From Hypanus sabinus (Eukaryota): DNA of 64,000 nt. Positions 27,064 to 40,349 of this stretch are shown one piece after another; within the stretch, counting starts at the first letter, position 1; every line of letters starts with the position of its first letter. Below the pieces are notes generated by a model. That model ran no database searches, was not told the origin of the DNA, and saw nothing but the letters and a program-made list of their open reading frames with translations. The stretch is from the NCBI RefSeq assembly GCF_030144855.1, contig NC_082708.1, positions 142,414,001-142,478,000 on the forward strand, given 5' to 3'. The position numbers and the translations under genes were made by a program.

Positions 27064-28004
27064 GTTCCCTGGTGCAGAGTCCAGCAAGCTTCTGACTTAT
27101 AAACTAGACTACTGATGCTGAAATCTGAAGCAACGTTCAAGATGCTAAAGGAACTCAGCAGGTCGGGTTGCACCCATAGAGGATAATGTACAGTTGATAT
27201 TTTGGTTCAAGACTCTTCATTTCAATCCAAAATATTGGCTATCAGTTCCCTCGGTAAATGCTGCCTGACCAGTTGAGTTCCTCCAGTGTCTTGCGTATTG
27301 TTCTGGCTTTTATTGTTTGGATGTATGTTGCTAAGTTGGGGTTTGTAGGAGACGGTCACATCTGAGGAGAACCTAAGGATCTTTAGGTAAGCTAATCATT
27401 TCCTTCATTCTTCAAATATTTAAAAATACATCAATTTCTGATTTGAAATTAATCAGTACTGAGGCTCAACAACATTCCTAGTTGCAAAATTCTAAAGGTT
27501 CATCAGGTTCTGTCTAAACGATTTTCTCCATATTTCAGTCCTAAATGCCTACGCTTATTTGGAGACTGCAATCCTTGGGAACAATCACCTTCTCAAGCCC
27601 TTTATTTGTTTCAATGAGATATTAAGAATTGTTAGTCAAAAATCTAGAAACCTTGGTACAGGTCATATGTGCAATAGAAGTGTTAAGAAAGGCTACAGCA
27701 AGTAAGACTCATTGATAGCACTTGTCACCAATTAGGCAAAGAATCTATTTGGTGGTTATTAAACCTAAGAGATTAATAGAATTGATGTGAATTTCAATAA
27801 CAAACTTTCACAGCAGTCAAATTTCCATTTGAGTTAGTGTTATAGACATATAGATAAGTCCATAACACTAGTTCCAGGTTTCAGCTGCTTATGTATAAAG
27901 TTAATGTTATAAGTATGAAGCAAATTTTCCCAGGGAGCTGAGGGAGAAAGCCTCAGCCTGTGTTAATAACAATTGTTAAAATAATTATTTTGTTTCCCTT
28001 TTAG

Positions 28005-28061
28005 GCGTCTTCAAAATATAAGCACCTGAGCAGCCTCTGCAATGCAGTGTTTCAACATATG
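28005..28061 (+). CDS. C4orf50: C4orf50-like exon C (57 nt, phase 0-0; ASSKYKHLSSLCNAVFQHM)
   Basis: Acceptor ttttgtttcccttttag, donor ATG|gtaaat, open and phase compatible. Confidence 0.65.
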
Positions 28062-28564
28062 GTAAATATTATAATATTTCCTTTGCATGAATTTAATAAC
28101 GTAGTCAAAATCTTCAAGGAGAAAAATCATAACGATTGCTGGTGTTTCTTCCAGATCATCTAATTGAACCTTTAAATGTATCAGACTGAAACAAAAAACA
28201 TTTAAAATATCTACTGTGAATTCCGGTTAATTGGGGCATATCAGGACAAGTACATTTTGGCCTAATTAAGCAGCTGCCGCAATTAGCCGAAGCTTCATGG
28301 AAATGCGTAGATAAAAAGGCATAGAAGTGACAAACTACCGTTTATCTGAGTAACAAATTACGTATGTATTTAAATGTAATCTAAAACAAATTAGAACACC
28401 ACTAACTCTACTACAGTATTACAAAATTATGCATTAGTTCCCAGTAGTTCTCAATGGAGAAATTCATCCACTGTACGCTGCTGTGTTCTTTTGATTGACT
28501 GTAAACAAACAAAATCACCGCGGACATCCAGTGCGGATAATGCCTTCATACGATGCTTTCAATG

Positions 28565-29688
28565 TTCAAAGTAAATTCATTATCAAAGTACATATTTTTT
28601 CACCATATACAACCTTCAGATTCATTTTCTTGCCAGCAATCATAGTAAATACAAGAAACACAACAGAAACACTAAAGGACCAGTCCCAACAGGATGGACA
28701 ACAGCCAATGTGCAGAAGAAAACAACAAGCTGTGCAAATACAAAAAGAGGAATAAAAAAGAAATAATAATAAGAAATAAATAAGAAATAAGTATCAAGAA
28801 CATGAGATGAAGAATCCTCGAAAGTAAGTCCATAGGTTGCGGGAACGGTTCAGTGATGGAGCGAGTGAGCTGAGTGACACTATTGCCTCTAGTTCAAGAG
28901 CCTGATGGTTGAGGGGTAATAACTCTTCCTGCACCTAGTGGTGTGGGCCCTGAAGCTCCTGTAGTTCTTTCTGATTTCATCAGTGAGTGAGAAGAGAGCA
29001 TGACCCAGATTTGCTGAGAGGTGGGTAAGTCTTTACTCGTGATGGACTGGACCGTATCCATAAACTTTTTGTCGGCTTTTCCGTACAAGGGCATTGGCAT
29101 TCCCATACCAGGTTGTGTTGCAATCAGACAATATATTCTCCACCACACATTTACAGAAGTTTGTCAGAGTTTCAGATGATATGTCGAATTTTCACAAACT
29201 GTTGAGAAAGTAGAGGCGTTGCTTTACTTTCTTCATAAGGGTATGCATGCGCTGGATCCAGGACAGATCCTCTGAAAGGATAATGCCCAGAATTTTAAAG
29301 TTGCTGACCCCTTCCACCTCTAATCCCCTAATGAGGACTGGCTAATTGACCTCAGGTTTCCTCCTCCTGAAGTCAATAGTCATCTCCTTAGTCTTGCTGA
29401 CATTGAGTGAGAGGTTGTTGTTGGCCAGATTTTCAGTCTCCCTCCTATATGCTTTGTCACCACCTTTGATTCAGCCAACAACAGTGGTGTCATTGGTAAA
29501 CTTAAATGTGTCATTGGAGCTGTGCTCAGGCTCACAGTCATGGGTACAAAGCAAGCAGAGCAGGGGGCTACAGGTGCAACTGTGCTGAGGGAGATTATGG
29601 AGGTGATGTTGCCAATCTGAACTAACTGGGGTCTGCAAGTGAGGAAATCCAGGATCCAGTTGCACAGCAAGGTATTGAGGTCTAGGAC
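28565..29688 (-). mobile_element. Rex1/Babar-like LINE 3' fragment nested in the pogo remnant
   Basis: Motifs [14 protein letters not shown] and [11 protein letters not shown]; tail ttcaaagtaaattcattatc. Confidence 0.75.
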
Positions 29689-29839
29689 TTGATTGTTGAA
29701 TCCTCCAAATTTTCATTGTAACATGCAAGATTATTTTCAATAACTCCAAATCCTTCATAGTTCCTTATTTGTTGAAATAGTGAAATCACTTCATTTTCAC
29801 TCTTGGCTGGTTCTTGAATCTCCAAGCCTGAATATATGA

Positions 29840-30768
29840 GATTACAGAGCTGTATATCAGATACTGTGATTAGCAACACAGGGGCACCTTGGGGGACTCT
29901 CCTGTTCCCCTTCCTGTCCATCATCTACACCTTGAACTTCAGATACAACTTGGATTCCTGCCACCTGCAGAAATGTTTGGATGATTCAGTAGCTGTGGGC
30001 CATAGCAGCTGGGGTCAAGAGGCTGAGTACAGAAGAGTGCTGTGGCTGAATCATCTGCAGATCAACAGCACTAAGGCAAAGGAGTAAGTGGTGGACTTCA
30101 GGAAGTTGAAAACACCCTGCATTCCCATCTCCATCAAGGGAGAGGATGTGGAAGTTGTCTGGGACAATAAATACCTGGGAACTCACCTGGACAATAAACT
30201 GGACTGGACTAAAAATAGAGAGGCTCTGTACAAGAAGGGATAGAGCAGACTGTACTTCCTGAGATGGCTCCAGCCTTTCAACATCTACAGTACTATGACT
30301 CAGTAGTGGCCAGCTTTCTGTTCTACTCTGTAGTCTGCTGGGGCAGCACGGTGAGAGCAGCTGATGCCAGGAAGATCGATAAGCCTGTCATGAAGGCTGG
30401 TTCTGTTCTGGAGATGGAACTGGATTCCCTGGTGGCTGTGTCTGAGGGGAGGATGCTGCAGAAGCTACGGAGCATTATGGACAATCCCTCTCACCCCTCC
30501 ATGACATACTGGACAAACAGAGGTACCTTCAGAAATAGACTGATTCCACTGAACACCACAGGAGATCCTTTCTCCCTGTGGCTACAAGACTCTACAACCT
30601 CTCCTCCTCGTTAAGAATCTAAGTGTATGGTTTCATCGCACATCTATATTTTGCGCTATTACTTTTTAATGCACATTTTGTATTTTCATATTTTAAAGTA
30701 TTTATTTCTGACTGAGCAACATCATGACAATAATTTCCTTTGGGATAAATAAAATTTTATCTTATCTC
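29840..30768 (+). mobile_element. Rex1 LINE 3' fragment with TSD
   Basis: Motifs NTGAPWGTLLFPFL, HLQKCLDDS and YKKG.SRLYFLR; AATAAA plus a (tatct) tail; flanked by gaata(t/c)atga at 29830 and 30769. Confidence 0.8.
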
Positions 30769-31200
30769 GAATACATGAAACCACAGTGAGCAAAACTATT
30801 GAATTGTCTTACTGCTTATTTCTCACAAACTATCAGTAATAAAAATTATTGCTATTTGAACACAAACACACACAACTGACTCTATTTAAAAACTGTTTGC
30901 TCTAAGCTTGGTGTAGTGTCTAATGGCCACACAAGTGCGTGCAACTGACACTCGTTAGAAATTGTTCAGCAACAGTCTCCTGTCCCATTTAAGTGGCAGA
31001 GTGTCCCAAGTAAACAAAAGGAATCCCATCCATTTTCTTGATTAGTTTTTGTTCTTTAAGAGCTGTCCCAAACGAGAGGCTGCCCTGATTAACCAATGGC
31101 CCAATTAACTGGAATTGCTCAAGGTTTGCAAAGCAGCTGAGTGGGAGTGAAACAAGGAAATTGTCAGCTAATTTGATGTTCTGTTTCCTTCCATCGCTAG

Positions 31201-31272
31201 GAGGATGAGAGCTCACCCAACAGGTACAGAGAACTAAAAAACTCCTTGACCCACTTGCGATCTCAGCTACAG
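31201..31272 (+). CDS. C4orf50: C4orf50-like exon D (72 nt, phase 0-0; EDESSPNRYRELKNSLTHLRSQLQ)
   Basis: Acceptor ctgtttccttccatcgctag, donor CAG|gtaaaa, helical peptide. Confidence 0.7.
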
Positions 31273-31657
31273 GTAAAAGAATGCTGAAGTCAGTTAATGT
31301 ACTCTCTACCTTTTAGTTTATGTCTGTCCTTTTAAAACAATTTAGACATGTGAATTGTTTTAGATTCCTGTTTTAAATGCAATTAGTAACTGAGCCATCA
31401 CTCCAGGGCAGATAATTCCAAAGATTCATCATTCATTGAAAAGGCCATTGTTTATTGCATATCAGTTATGATTGGCAATCATAATTGACATTTATGGTGA
31501 TGAAATGCTTTGAGAAGTTGGTCATGGCTAGGATCAACACCTGCTTCAGCAAGGACCTGGTCCCACTGCAATTTCCCCATCACCACAACAGGCAGACAAA
31601 ATCTCCAAGGCTTTTCACATGGCCTTAGATCAGCTGATTAATATAAACACCTATGTT

Positions 31658-32231
31658 GTAGAAATATAGAAACATAGAAAACCTACAGCACAATACAGGC
31701 CCTTCAGCCCACAAAGCTATGCTGAACTTAACCTTACCTTAGAAATTACCTAGGGTTACCCATAACCCTCTATTTTTCTAAGCTCTATGTACCTATCCAC
31801 AAGTCTGTTAAAATAGCCTTATCATTTCCACCTCCACCACCATCGCCAGCATTCCATGCACTCGCTCTCTGTGTAAAAAAAAACTTACCCCTGACATCTC
31901 CTCTGTACCTACTTCCAAACACCTTAAAACTGTGCCCTCTCTTGCTAGCCATGTCAGCCCTGGGGAAAAGCCTCTGACTATCCACACGATCAATGCCTCT
32001 CATCATCTTATACACCTCGATCAGGTCACCTCTCACCCTCCGTCACTCCAAGGAGAAAGGGCCAAGTTCACTCAACCTATTCTCATAAGGCGTGCCCCCC
32101 AATCCAGACAAAATCCTTGTAAATCTCTGCACACTTTTAAAAGTTTCCACATCCTTCCTGTAATGAGGCAACCAGAACTGAGCACAGTACTCCAAGTGGG
32201 GTCTGACCAGGGTCCTATATAGCAGCAACAT
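31658..32231 (-). mobile_element. CR1 LINE 3' fragment
   Basis: LYRTLVRPHLEYCAQFWLPHYRKDVE, MRGDLIEVYKMMRGIDRVDSQRLFP and a (catagaaa) tail. Confidence 0.9.
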
Positions 32232-32251
32232 TTTTAATTTAACTATTTAAT

Positions 32252-32278
32252 TGTGTGTGTGTGTGTGTGTGTGTGTGT
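32252..32278. repeat. (TG)n microsatellite
   Basis: Direct reading of the sequence. Confidence 0.9.
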
Positions 32279-33310
32279 ACACACTACTGTAATTGATTTA
32301 CTTATTTTTTTCTTTCTACATTAGCATGTATTTCATTGTACTGCTACTGCAAAGTTAACACGTTTCATGACATATGCTGATGATGTTAAACCTGTTTCTG
32401 AATCTAACTGAGAAAGTGATGGTGAGCTGCTGCATTGCATCATCATATTCTCACGGTCAGCTAGGGAAGACCAATAAATCCTGGTAGTTTCAGAATGATT
32501 AATAACAGTAAAAGTGGTATAAAGAACTTTTTAAATGTGCTCTTCACTAGAAAAAATATAAACTGTAAATTAATGACATATATGGTAAAAATTCAATAAC
32601 ATCATTTTGAAAATTTGTAAATCAATTGTCCAGAAACTGTGAAGTTACCACAATTGCATCTGGACATTTTTAACTAAATGATAGCTTATTGGATCACAAA
32701 TAATACTGTCAGATGTTTGGGGAAAAAATATTAGTGATTGAATTGGTTTTGCATTTGTGTGGTCCTTATTTCTCATTGCTAATTTTCAAAGTAAAAATTT
32801 TTTATCAGAGTACATACATGTCACTACATACAATGCTGATATTCTTTTTCCTGTGGGCATACTTAGCAAATCTATAGAACAGTAACTGTAAACAGGATCA
32901 ATGAACAACAAACTAATTTTGTTGATCACATGAATGGGCAAGTTAAATGTTATTTGTTATTTGCATCAATAGGTGCTCAGTATAGCATTATTTTCAGATG
33001 CAATTGTGCTATGTAGTTAATATTTCAGTAATATTGTAAACATATTGTTTGACAAAGCACTCTTTGTTGTCCACATAATGCATTACAAATTATATGTAAA
33101 AGACATTAGTCATTATGCCACCATGTCATATTTGCCTGCCTTACTTAAAGTACATACAGAGTTAGACTTGCATTTTGGCTTCATGTATTTGTTATTAATT
33201 AGTTTCATGCATTAGAGTTACAAAACATAACAAATTGATGGAGTTTTTACCTTTGTGCCTCTGAGAACATACTGTATATTTATTCATTCAAATATTTTGG
33301 TTGCAAACAG

Positions 33311-33440
33311 AATGGAGACATCTTATTTCGAGAAGAGTTAATGCAGCAGAAGTGGACAGCGGTATTGGATTCAGCTCGGAACAAGAACACTCAAACTCCC
33401 TCCGTTGGACAATGTCTTCAAGAGGCCATGATTCTCGCAA
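33311..33440 (+). CDS. C4orf50: C4orf50-like exon E (130 nt, phase 0-1; NGDILFREELMQQKWTAVLDSARNKNTQTPSVGQCLQEAMILA)
   Basis: Acceptor ttgcaaacag, donor GCAA|gtgagg. Its phase-1 end matches the phase-1 start of the exon at 39802. Confidence 0.7.
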
Positions 33441-33573
33441 GTGAGGCAATGCATTATGAAAGTTTGTAGCTAACCTCTCCCAACCTTTACTCAGTAACTC
33501 CCATGTTGACAAAGACAACTAACTATCAATAAGAATTTGTTTTAACTGACTTAGATGTGTAAAGATACTTCAA

Positions 33574-36160
33574 GTGCCAGGCTTTAGATGTTTCAGAAAG
33601 GATAGGGAGGGAGGCAAAAGAGGTGAGGGTGTGGCACTGTTGATTGGAGATAGTGTCATGGCTGCAGAAAGAGAAGAAATCTTGGAGGTGTTGTCTATGG
33701 AGTCTCTGTGGGTGGAGGTTAGGAATAGGAAGGGGTCAATAACTCTACTGGGTGTTTTTTATAGACCACCCAGTACTAACAGGGACATGGAGGAGCAGAC
33801 AGGGAGACCGATTCTGGTAAGGAGTAATAATAAGAGGGTTGTTGTGGTGGGAGATTTTACTTTCCCAAATATTGATTGGCATCTCCCTAGAGCGAAGGTT
33901 TTAGATGGGGTGAAGTTTGTTAGGTGTGTTCAACAAGGTTTCTTGACACAATATGTAGATAAGCCTACAAGAGGAGAGGCTGTACTTGATATGGTATTGG
34001 GAAATGAACCTGGTCAGGTGTCAGGTCTCTCAGTGGGAGTGCATTTTGGAGATAGTGATCTCAGTTCTATCTCCTTTACCATAGCATTGGAGAGGGATAG
34101 GAAAAGACAAGTTAGGGAAACGCTTAATTGGAGTAAGGGGAAATATGAGGCTATCAGGCAGGAACCTGGAAGCATAAATTGGAAACAGATGTTTTCAGGG
34201 AAACTTAACAAAAAATGTGGAAATGTTCAGGGGATTTTGCATGGGGTTCTGAGTAGGTACGTTCCAATGAGACATGGAAAGGATGTTAGGGTACAAGATC
34301 TGTGGCACACAAAGGCTGTTGTAAATCTAGTCAAGAAGAAAAGAAAAGCGTATGAAAGTTTCAAAAAACTAGGTAATGATATGAATCTAAAAGATTATAA
34401 GGCTAGCAGGAAGGAGCTTAAGAATGAATTTAGGAGAGCCAGAAGGGGCCATGAGAAGGCCTTGGTGGACAGGATTAAGGAAAAACCCAAGGCATTCTAC
34501 AAGTATGTGAAGAGCAAGAGGATAAAATGTGAGAGAATAGGACCAATCAAGTGTGACAATGGAAAAGTGTGTATGGAACCGGAGGAAATAGCGGAGGTAT
34601 TTAATGAATATTTTGCTTCAGTATTCACTATGGAAAAAGATCTTGACGATTGTAGGGATGACTTGCAGTGGACTGAAAAGCTTGAGAATGTAGATATTAA
34701 GGAAGAGGATGTGCTGGAGCTTTTGGAAGGCATCAAGTTGGATACGTCACTGGGACCAAATGGGATTACCCCAGGCTACTGTGGGAAGTGAGGTAGGAGA
34801 TTGCTGAGCCTCTGGCAATGATGTTTGCATCATCAATGAGGACAGGAGAAGTTCCAGAGGATTCGAGGGTTGCAGATGTTGTTCCCTTAGTCAAGAAAGG
34901 GAGTAGGGATAGCCCAGGAAGTTATAGGCCAGTGAGTCTTACTTCAGTGGTTGGTAAGTTGATGGGGAAGATCCTGAGAGGCAGGTAAGGCATTTCATAA
35001 GGTACCCCATGCAAGGCTTATTGAGAAAATAAGGAGGCATAGGATCCAAGGGGCTATTGCTTTGTGGATCCAGAACTGGCTTGCCCACAGAAGGCAAAGA
35101 GTGGTTGTAGACGGGTCATATTCTGTGTGGAGGTTGGTGACCAGTGTTGTGCCTCAGGGATCTGTTCGGGGACCCCTACTCTTTGTGATTTTTATAAATG
35201 ACCTGGATGAGGAAGTGGAGGGATGGGTTAGTAAATTTGCTGATGACACAAAGGTTGGGTGTGTTGTGGATAGTATAGTATGGAGACTTGTCAGAGGTTA
35301 CAGCAGGACATTGATAGGATGCAAAACTGGGCTGAGAAGTGGCAGATGGAGATCAACCCAGATAAGTGTGAAGTGGTTCATTTTTGTTGGTCAAATATGA
35401 TGGCAGAATATATTATTAATGGTAAGACTCTTGGCAGTATGGAGGATCAGAGGGATCTTGGGGTCTGAGTCCATAGGGCACTCAAAGCTGCAGCACAGAT
35501 TGACTCTGTGGTTAAGAAGGCATACGGGTGCATTGGCCTTCATCAATCGTGGGATTGAGTTTAAGAGCGGAGAGGGAGTGTTGCAGCTATAAAGGACCCT
35601 GGTCAGACCCCACTTGGAATACTGTGCTCAATTCTGGTTGCCTCACTATAGGAAGGATGTGGAAACCATACAAAGGGTGCAGAGGAGATTTACAACGATG
35701 CTGCCTAGATTGGGGAGCATGCCTTATGAGAATAGGTTGAGTGAACTTGTCCTTTTCTTCTTGGAGCAACGTAGGATGAGAGGTGATTTGATAGAGGTAT
35801 ACAAGATAATGAGATGCATTGATCATGTGGATAGTCAGAGGCTTTTTTCCCCAGGGCTGAAGTGGTTAGCATGGTAGGGCATAGTTTTAAGGTGCTTGGA
35901 AATAGGTACAGAGGAGATGTCAGGGGTAATTTTTTTTATGCAGATTGTGGTGAGTGAGTGAAATGGGCTGTTGGTGGCCGTGGTGGAGGCGGAAACGATA
36001 GGGTCTTTTAAGAGACTCCTGGAAAAGTACATGAGCTTAGAAGAATAGAGGGCTATGGGTAAAGCTTAGGTAGTTCTAAGGTAGGGACATGTTCGGCACA
36101 GCTTTGTGGGCCGAAGGGCCTGTGTTGTGCTGTAGGTTTCCTATGTTTCTGTGTTTCTAT
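33574..36160 (+). mobile_element. CR1 LINE ORF2 (AP endonuclease plus RT), decayed, with an internal deletion near 34985
   Basis: APE motifs GVFYRPP, VVGDFTFPNIDW, PTRGEAVLDMVL and GDSD; RT motifs [12 protein letters not shown] and KFADDTK. The frame jumps from KILRGR directly to KAF.KVPH, so the QHGF-to-DF segment is missing. Confidence 0.9.
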
Positions 36161-36911
36161 GATTCTGGCACAAGTATTTCAGATTTGTTCAGGCATCTGA
36201 TTTATTTACTCCTTCCTTTAGTGTTGCAACTCATACCTCAACATATTGTAAAGTTCTTTCTTATAGAAGTTGTATTTTTGCCTTCAGTTTTCCTTTTTGC
36301 ACAGAACTTTGCTGTGACTCTCTGTACGCTACTGCGATGTGTCTGCCTGGTTAGATTCAATCAAAGATTGGATGTTAATAAGAAAAACGGTGGCTGATCT
36401 GAAATTATACTTGGGAATTTTCCCTATGGATCAAAAACTGCTTAGTAATCAGTAGGATAAGAAACAAAAATACAAATATGCACTGGGCCATGTGGTATTT
36501 CAATTTAAATAAACCCAAATTTAATTTGATAAGGAAAACAAAATAAAGTCAAAATAGCTGAACCATGAAAGTTAATAGTTAGCTAAATACTTTGAAAGCC
36601 TAGGAGTTTATACAAGCTTCTGCTAACCAAAATATGCTACTACCGTGGTACAAAGCATGTATTCTCCATGATCCAGTATAGGTAAATTGAACATAAAAGA
36701 ATTGGTGCCCAAGGAAAGAAGAATATATTCCAGATGTGATGGAAATATTGTAACTGGATTATTGCTCCTGTGTATTTGAAAAATTCAACGGAAAATGCTA
36801 AGTCCAAAGCTTTACAGAGTCTTTTCTAGGAAAGCAGAAAAACCTGCAGTCTTCAGCAACAAATCTTCATGGGTGTCCAAACTTTAACCTGTTACGACAA
36901 TATTCAACTCT

Positions 36912-38955
36912 AAGACCATAGGATATCGGAGCAGAATTAGGCTATTTGGCTCATTGAGTCTGCTCCTCCATTTAATCATGGTTGATCCATTTTTCTCTTG
37001 GCACCAATCTTATGCCATCTCTCCATAATGTTTCATGCCCAGACTAATCAAGTATCTATCAACCTGTGCCTTAAACATACATAAGGACTTGGAGTTCACA
37101 GCCGCCTCTGGCAAAGAATTTCACACATTGACACTCACTGGCTAAAGAATTTCTTCCTCATCTCCATTCTAAAAGGACGCCCCTCTATTCTGAAGCTGTG
37201 CCCTCTGGTCCTATACTCTCTCACCATAGGAATCACCCTCTCCACATAGACTCTTTCAAGGCTTTTCACCATTCGATAGGTTTCGGTGAGGTCATCCCTC
37301 ATTCTTCTGAATACAGGCCCAGAGCCATCAAACACTCTTCATATGACAAGCCATTCAATCCTGGAATCATTTTTGTGAACGTTCTTCGAACCCTCTCCAA
37401 TGTCAGCACATCCTTTCTAAGATAATGGGCCCAAAACTGCTCACAATACCCCAGGTGAGGCCTCATCAATGCTTTATAAAACCTCAACATAACATCATTG
37501 CTTTTATATTCTAGCCCTCTTGAAATGAATGCTAACATTGCATTTGCCTTCTTCACCACTGACTCTACCTGCAAATTAACCTTTAGGCAATCCTGCACAA
37601 AGACTTCCAAGTCCTTTTGCTCCTCAGATTTTTAAATTTTCTCTCCATCTAGAAAATAGTCAACATTTTTATTTCTTCTACCAAAGTGCATGACCATGTA
37701 CTTCCCGACACTGTATTCCACCGGCCACTTCCTTGCCCATTCTCCTAATCAGTGTAATTCCTCTGTAGCCTCTCTACTTCCTCAAAGCTACCTACCTCTC
37801 CACCTATCTTCATATTGTCCACAAACTTTGCAGTAAAGCGAACAATTCAGTCATCCAAGTCATTAACATATAACATAAAAAGACGCAGTCCCAATACAGA
37901 CACCTGTGGAACAGGACTAGTCACTAGCAGCCAATCAGAAAAGGCTCGCTTTATTCCCACACATTGCCTCCTGCCAATCAGCCACTGCTTTATCCATGCT
38001 AGAATCTTTACTGTGATACCATGGGCTCTTAATTTGTTAAGCAGCCTCATGTGTGGTACCTTGTCAAAGACATTCTGAAAAAGTACACAACATCCACAAA
38101 TTCTCCTTTCTCTGTCCTGTTTGTTATTTCTTCGAATAATTCCAACAGATTAGTCAGATAAGGTTTTCCCTTAAGAAAACAGTGCTGACTACGGTCTATT
38201 TTATCATGTGTTTACCAGTACCTGGAAACCACATCCTTAACTATCAATTCCAATGTCTTCTCAACCACTGAGGTCAGATTAACTGGCTTATAATTTCCTT
38301 TCTTCTGCCTCTCTCCCTTCTTGAAGAGTGGACTGATGTGCAATTTACAGAACCATGCCAGAAAGATGGTTCTTGAAAGATCATCGCTAATGTCTCCACA
38401 ATATCTTCAGCCACCTCTTTTGAACCCTGGGATGTACACCATCTGATCCAGGTGACCTTCAGACCTTTCAATTTCACCAAGAACCTTCTCCCTACTAATG
38501 GCAACTTCATACACTTTTGACCCCTGGCACTCTGGAACTTCCACCATACTGCTAGTATCTTCTACAGTGAAGACTGATGCAAAATACTTATTCAGTTCAT
38601 CTGCCGTTTTCTCGTCCCCCATTACTACCTCTCCAGCAGCATTTTCCAATGGTCGGAAATTCATTCTTGCCTCTCTTTTGCACTTAATTCACCTGAAGAA
38701 ACTTTTGGTAGCCTCTTTGTTAGCTAGCTTACTTCTGTATTCCATCATTACCTGCTTAATGACTTTTTTGTTGCCTTCTGTTGGTTTTTAAAAGCTTCCC
38801 AATCCTCTAACTTCCCACTAATTTTGGCTCTATTATATGCCCTCTCTTTGGCTTTTATGTTGGCTTTGACTTTTCACCACGGTTGTGTCATCTTGCCCTT
38901 AGAACACTTATTCCTCTTTGGGGTGTATATATCCTGCACCTCCTGAATTGCTTTC
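36912..38955 (-). mobile_element. CR1 LINE, 5'-truncated and decayed (same family as 14730-16355)
   Basis: ADELNKYFASVFTVED, RLLNKLRAHGI, VPQVSVLG and LRFYKALMRPHLGYCEQFW; taagaccatagga tail. Confidence 0.9.
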
Positions 38956-39801
38956 CAAGCTTTGAGTGTTCATTTTGTAGTTTCTTGGACCCTTAATCTC
39001 TTTTGCAGCTTTCTCTCATTGTATCGTAAAAAATTGAGTCATTCAAATATGTGACCCATGTGGTTATAACAATGAAGTTAAATTTATCCTTGAGTGACCT
39101 GACTACCATAGTTTCAGTTATTATCTCATGGGTACAACCATTCTTTCAAAAGTTAAACTTTACACTGAGGTGTGTCTTTTTCAATCCGAATGCTTCATTC
39201 TTTGTGCATGTAATCGGTGTTTGGATTTGGTAGAGTGAATTTCATGAAGTACCTTATTACTCAGAATTACACAAAGCTGCCACGTGTTCCGAAAAAATGT
39301 GTTGCACGTTACTTATTAGTTACTCTTAAGGAAGACTGAAACAGAAGTGATTTTTTTTCCCCTCTGTGTTTGATGCCTGCTATAGTTGTCAGTTGGGTCT
39401 CAACTTGGAAGAGTAATAAGGACACGTTTACACCTTCTCCAGCTCTCTGTGTTACATTTTACCCGTGCCACTATCCAACAAGTTGTAGGTTTCTAACTGT
39501 TGCCGATGCATCCCCACTGCTCCCATTCCAGTACGATGTCTGTGATCACCTACAGGAAAATCTTGTCTAAATCTTACTGCCTGAATGTGATATGAGTTGC
39601 AAGATGCAACAGAATGCAGTTTCTTCTCCTAGAATTCATGTATTGTGTAGATTAACTTCCTGATGAGCTAGGATTGTTAATTGTAATATTTTAACAAAAT
39701 TTAATTGATATCCATTCCACATGTTTAGAAAATAAAAATGGGATAATTGACCTGACAAATACATTATGGTAATATGCTGGCATACCATCTCTTTCCAACA
39801 G

Positions 39802-39941
39802 AGCTGGCTTCTGAATGTACCTGTGATTACCCTAAACTGTCTGAGGCTGTAAGAGAAGGGTGGCTTAATTCACTGCTTCAAGCAAACTCGTGTACGTTGG
39901 CAGAGCTGATGCAGATTGTTAGGACTGGAGATGTGGAGGAG
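39802..39941 (+). CDS. C4orf50: C4orf50-like exon F (140 nt, phase 1-0; LASECTCDYPKLSEAVREGWLNSLLQANSCTLAELMQIVRTGDVEE)
   Basis: Acceptor catctctttccaacag, donor GAG|gtgagg. Restores the frame after exon E. Confidence 0.75.
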
Positions 39942-39989
39942 GTGAGGAATCACAACTAAATACAATCAAATTATATTCTGCGTCATCAG

Positions 39990-40275
39990 GGCCAGTTCCC
40001 ACCCTCCCACTTTCACACCAGTGCCAGTTTCCGCTCTCTCTTTCCCACAGTGGGATCAGTTCCCAGTCTCCTTCTCCAGTCTCACACCAGAACCACTCCT
40101 GCCTTCCCTTCCCCACACTAGGACCACTATTCCCCTTATTCCCACTTGGACCAATTTGTACCATCCCTTTCTCACACCGGGGCCAATTCCCACCCTGTCA
40201 TTCCCACAATGGGACAAATTCCTGCCCTCCCTTTCCCACACTGGGATCAATTCATACTCTTTCTTTCCCATACTG
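39990..40275. repeat. Degenerate pyrimidine-rich minisatellite, about 9 units of about 31 bp
   Basis: Recurrent unit ggaccaattcc...ccctttcccacactg within the 408-bp intron between exons F and G. Confidence 0.75.
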
Positions 40276-40349
40276 TCTGTTTATTGTTCTTGCTGTCTAC
40301 TTGTAGTTTATTTGGAGCTAAACATAATTTATCATTGTCTTAACCCTAG

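Larger units (their letters stand above)
28212..31115 (-). mobile_element. Tigger/pogo-like DNA transposon remnant split by two LINE insertions
   Basis: TIR-like ends gaattccggttaattggggc and gcccaattaactggaatt. The minus-strand pieces ...FAHCGF | YSGLEIQEPAKSENEVISLFQQIRNYE...NLEDST rejoin across the inserts and resemble a pogo transposase C-terminus. Confidence 0.6.

Noticed and set aside
33574-34791. 405-aa ORF as a host or domesticated gene
   Set aside because: It is the endonuclease half of a CR1 ORF2. Catalytic motifs are altered (GDFT for GDFN, SDL for SDH) and the RT half is frameshifted and deleted.
36830-36920. Possible exon after ttttctag at about 36829
   Set aside because: No good donor, and exons E and F already join in phase without it.
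39990-40275. CRISPR-like array
   Set aside because: Degenerate tandem units with no conserved repeat/unique spacer structure, in a eukaryotic intron with no cas genes.
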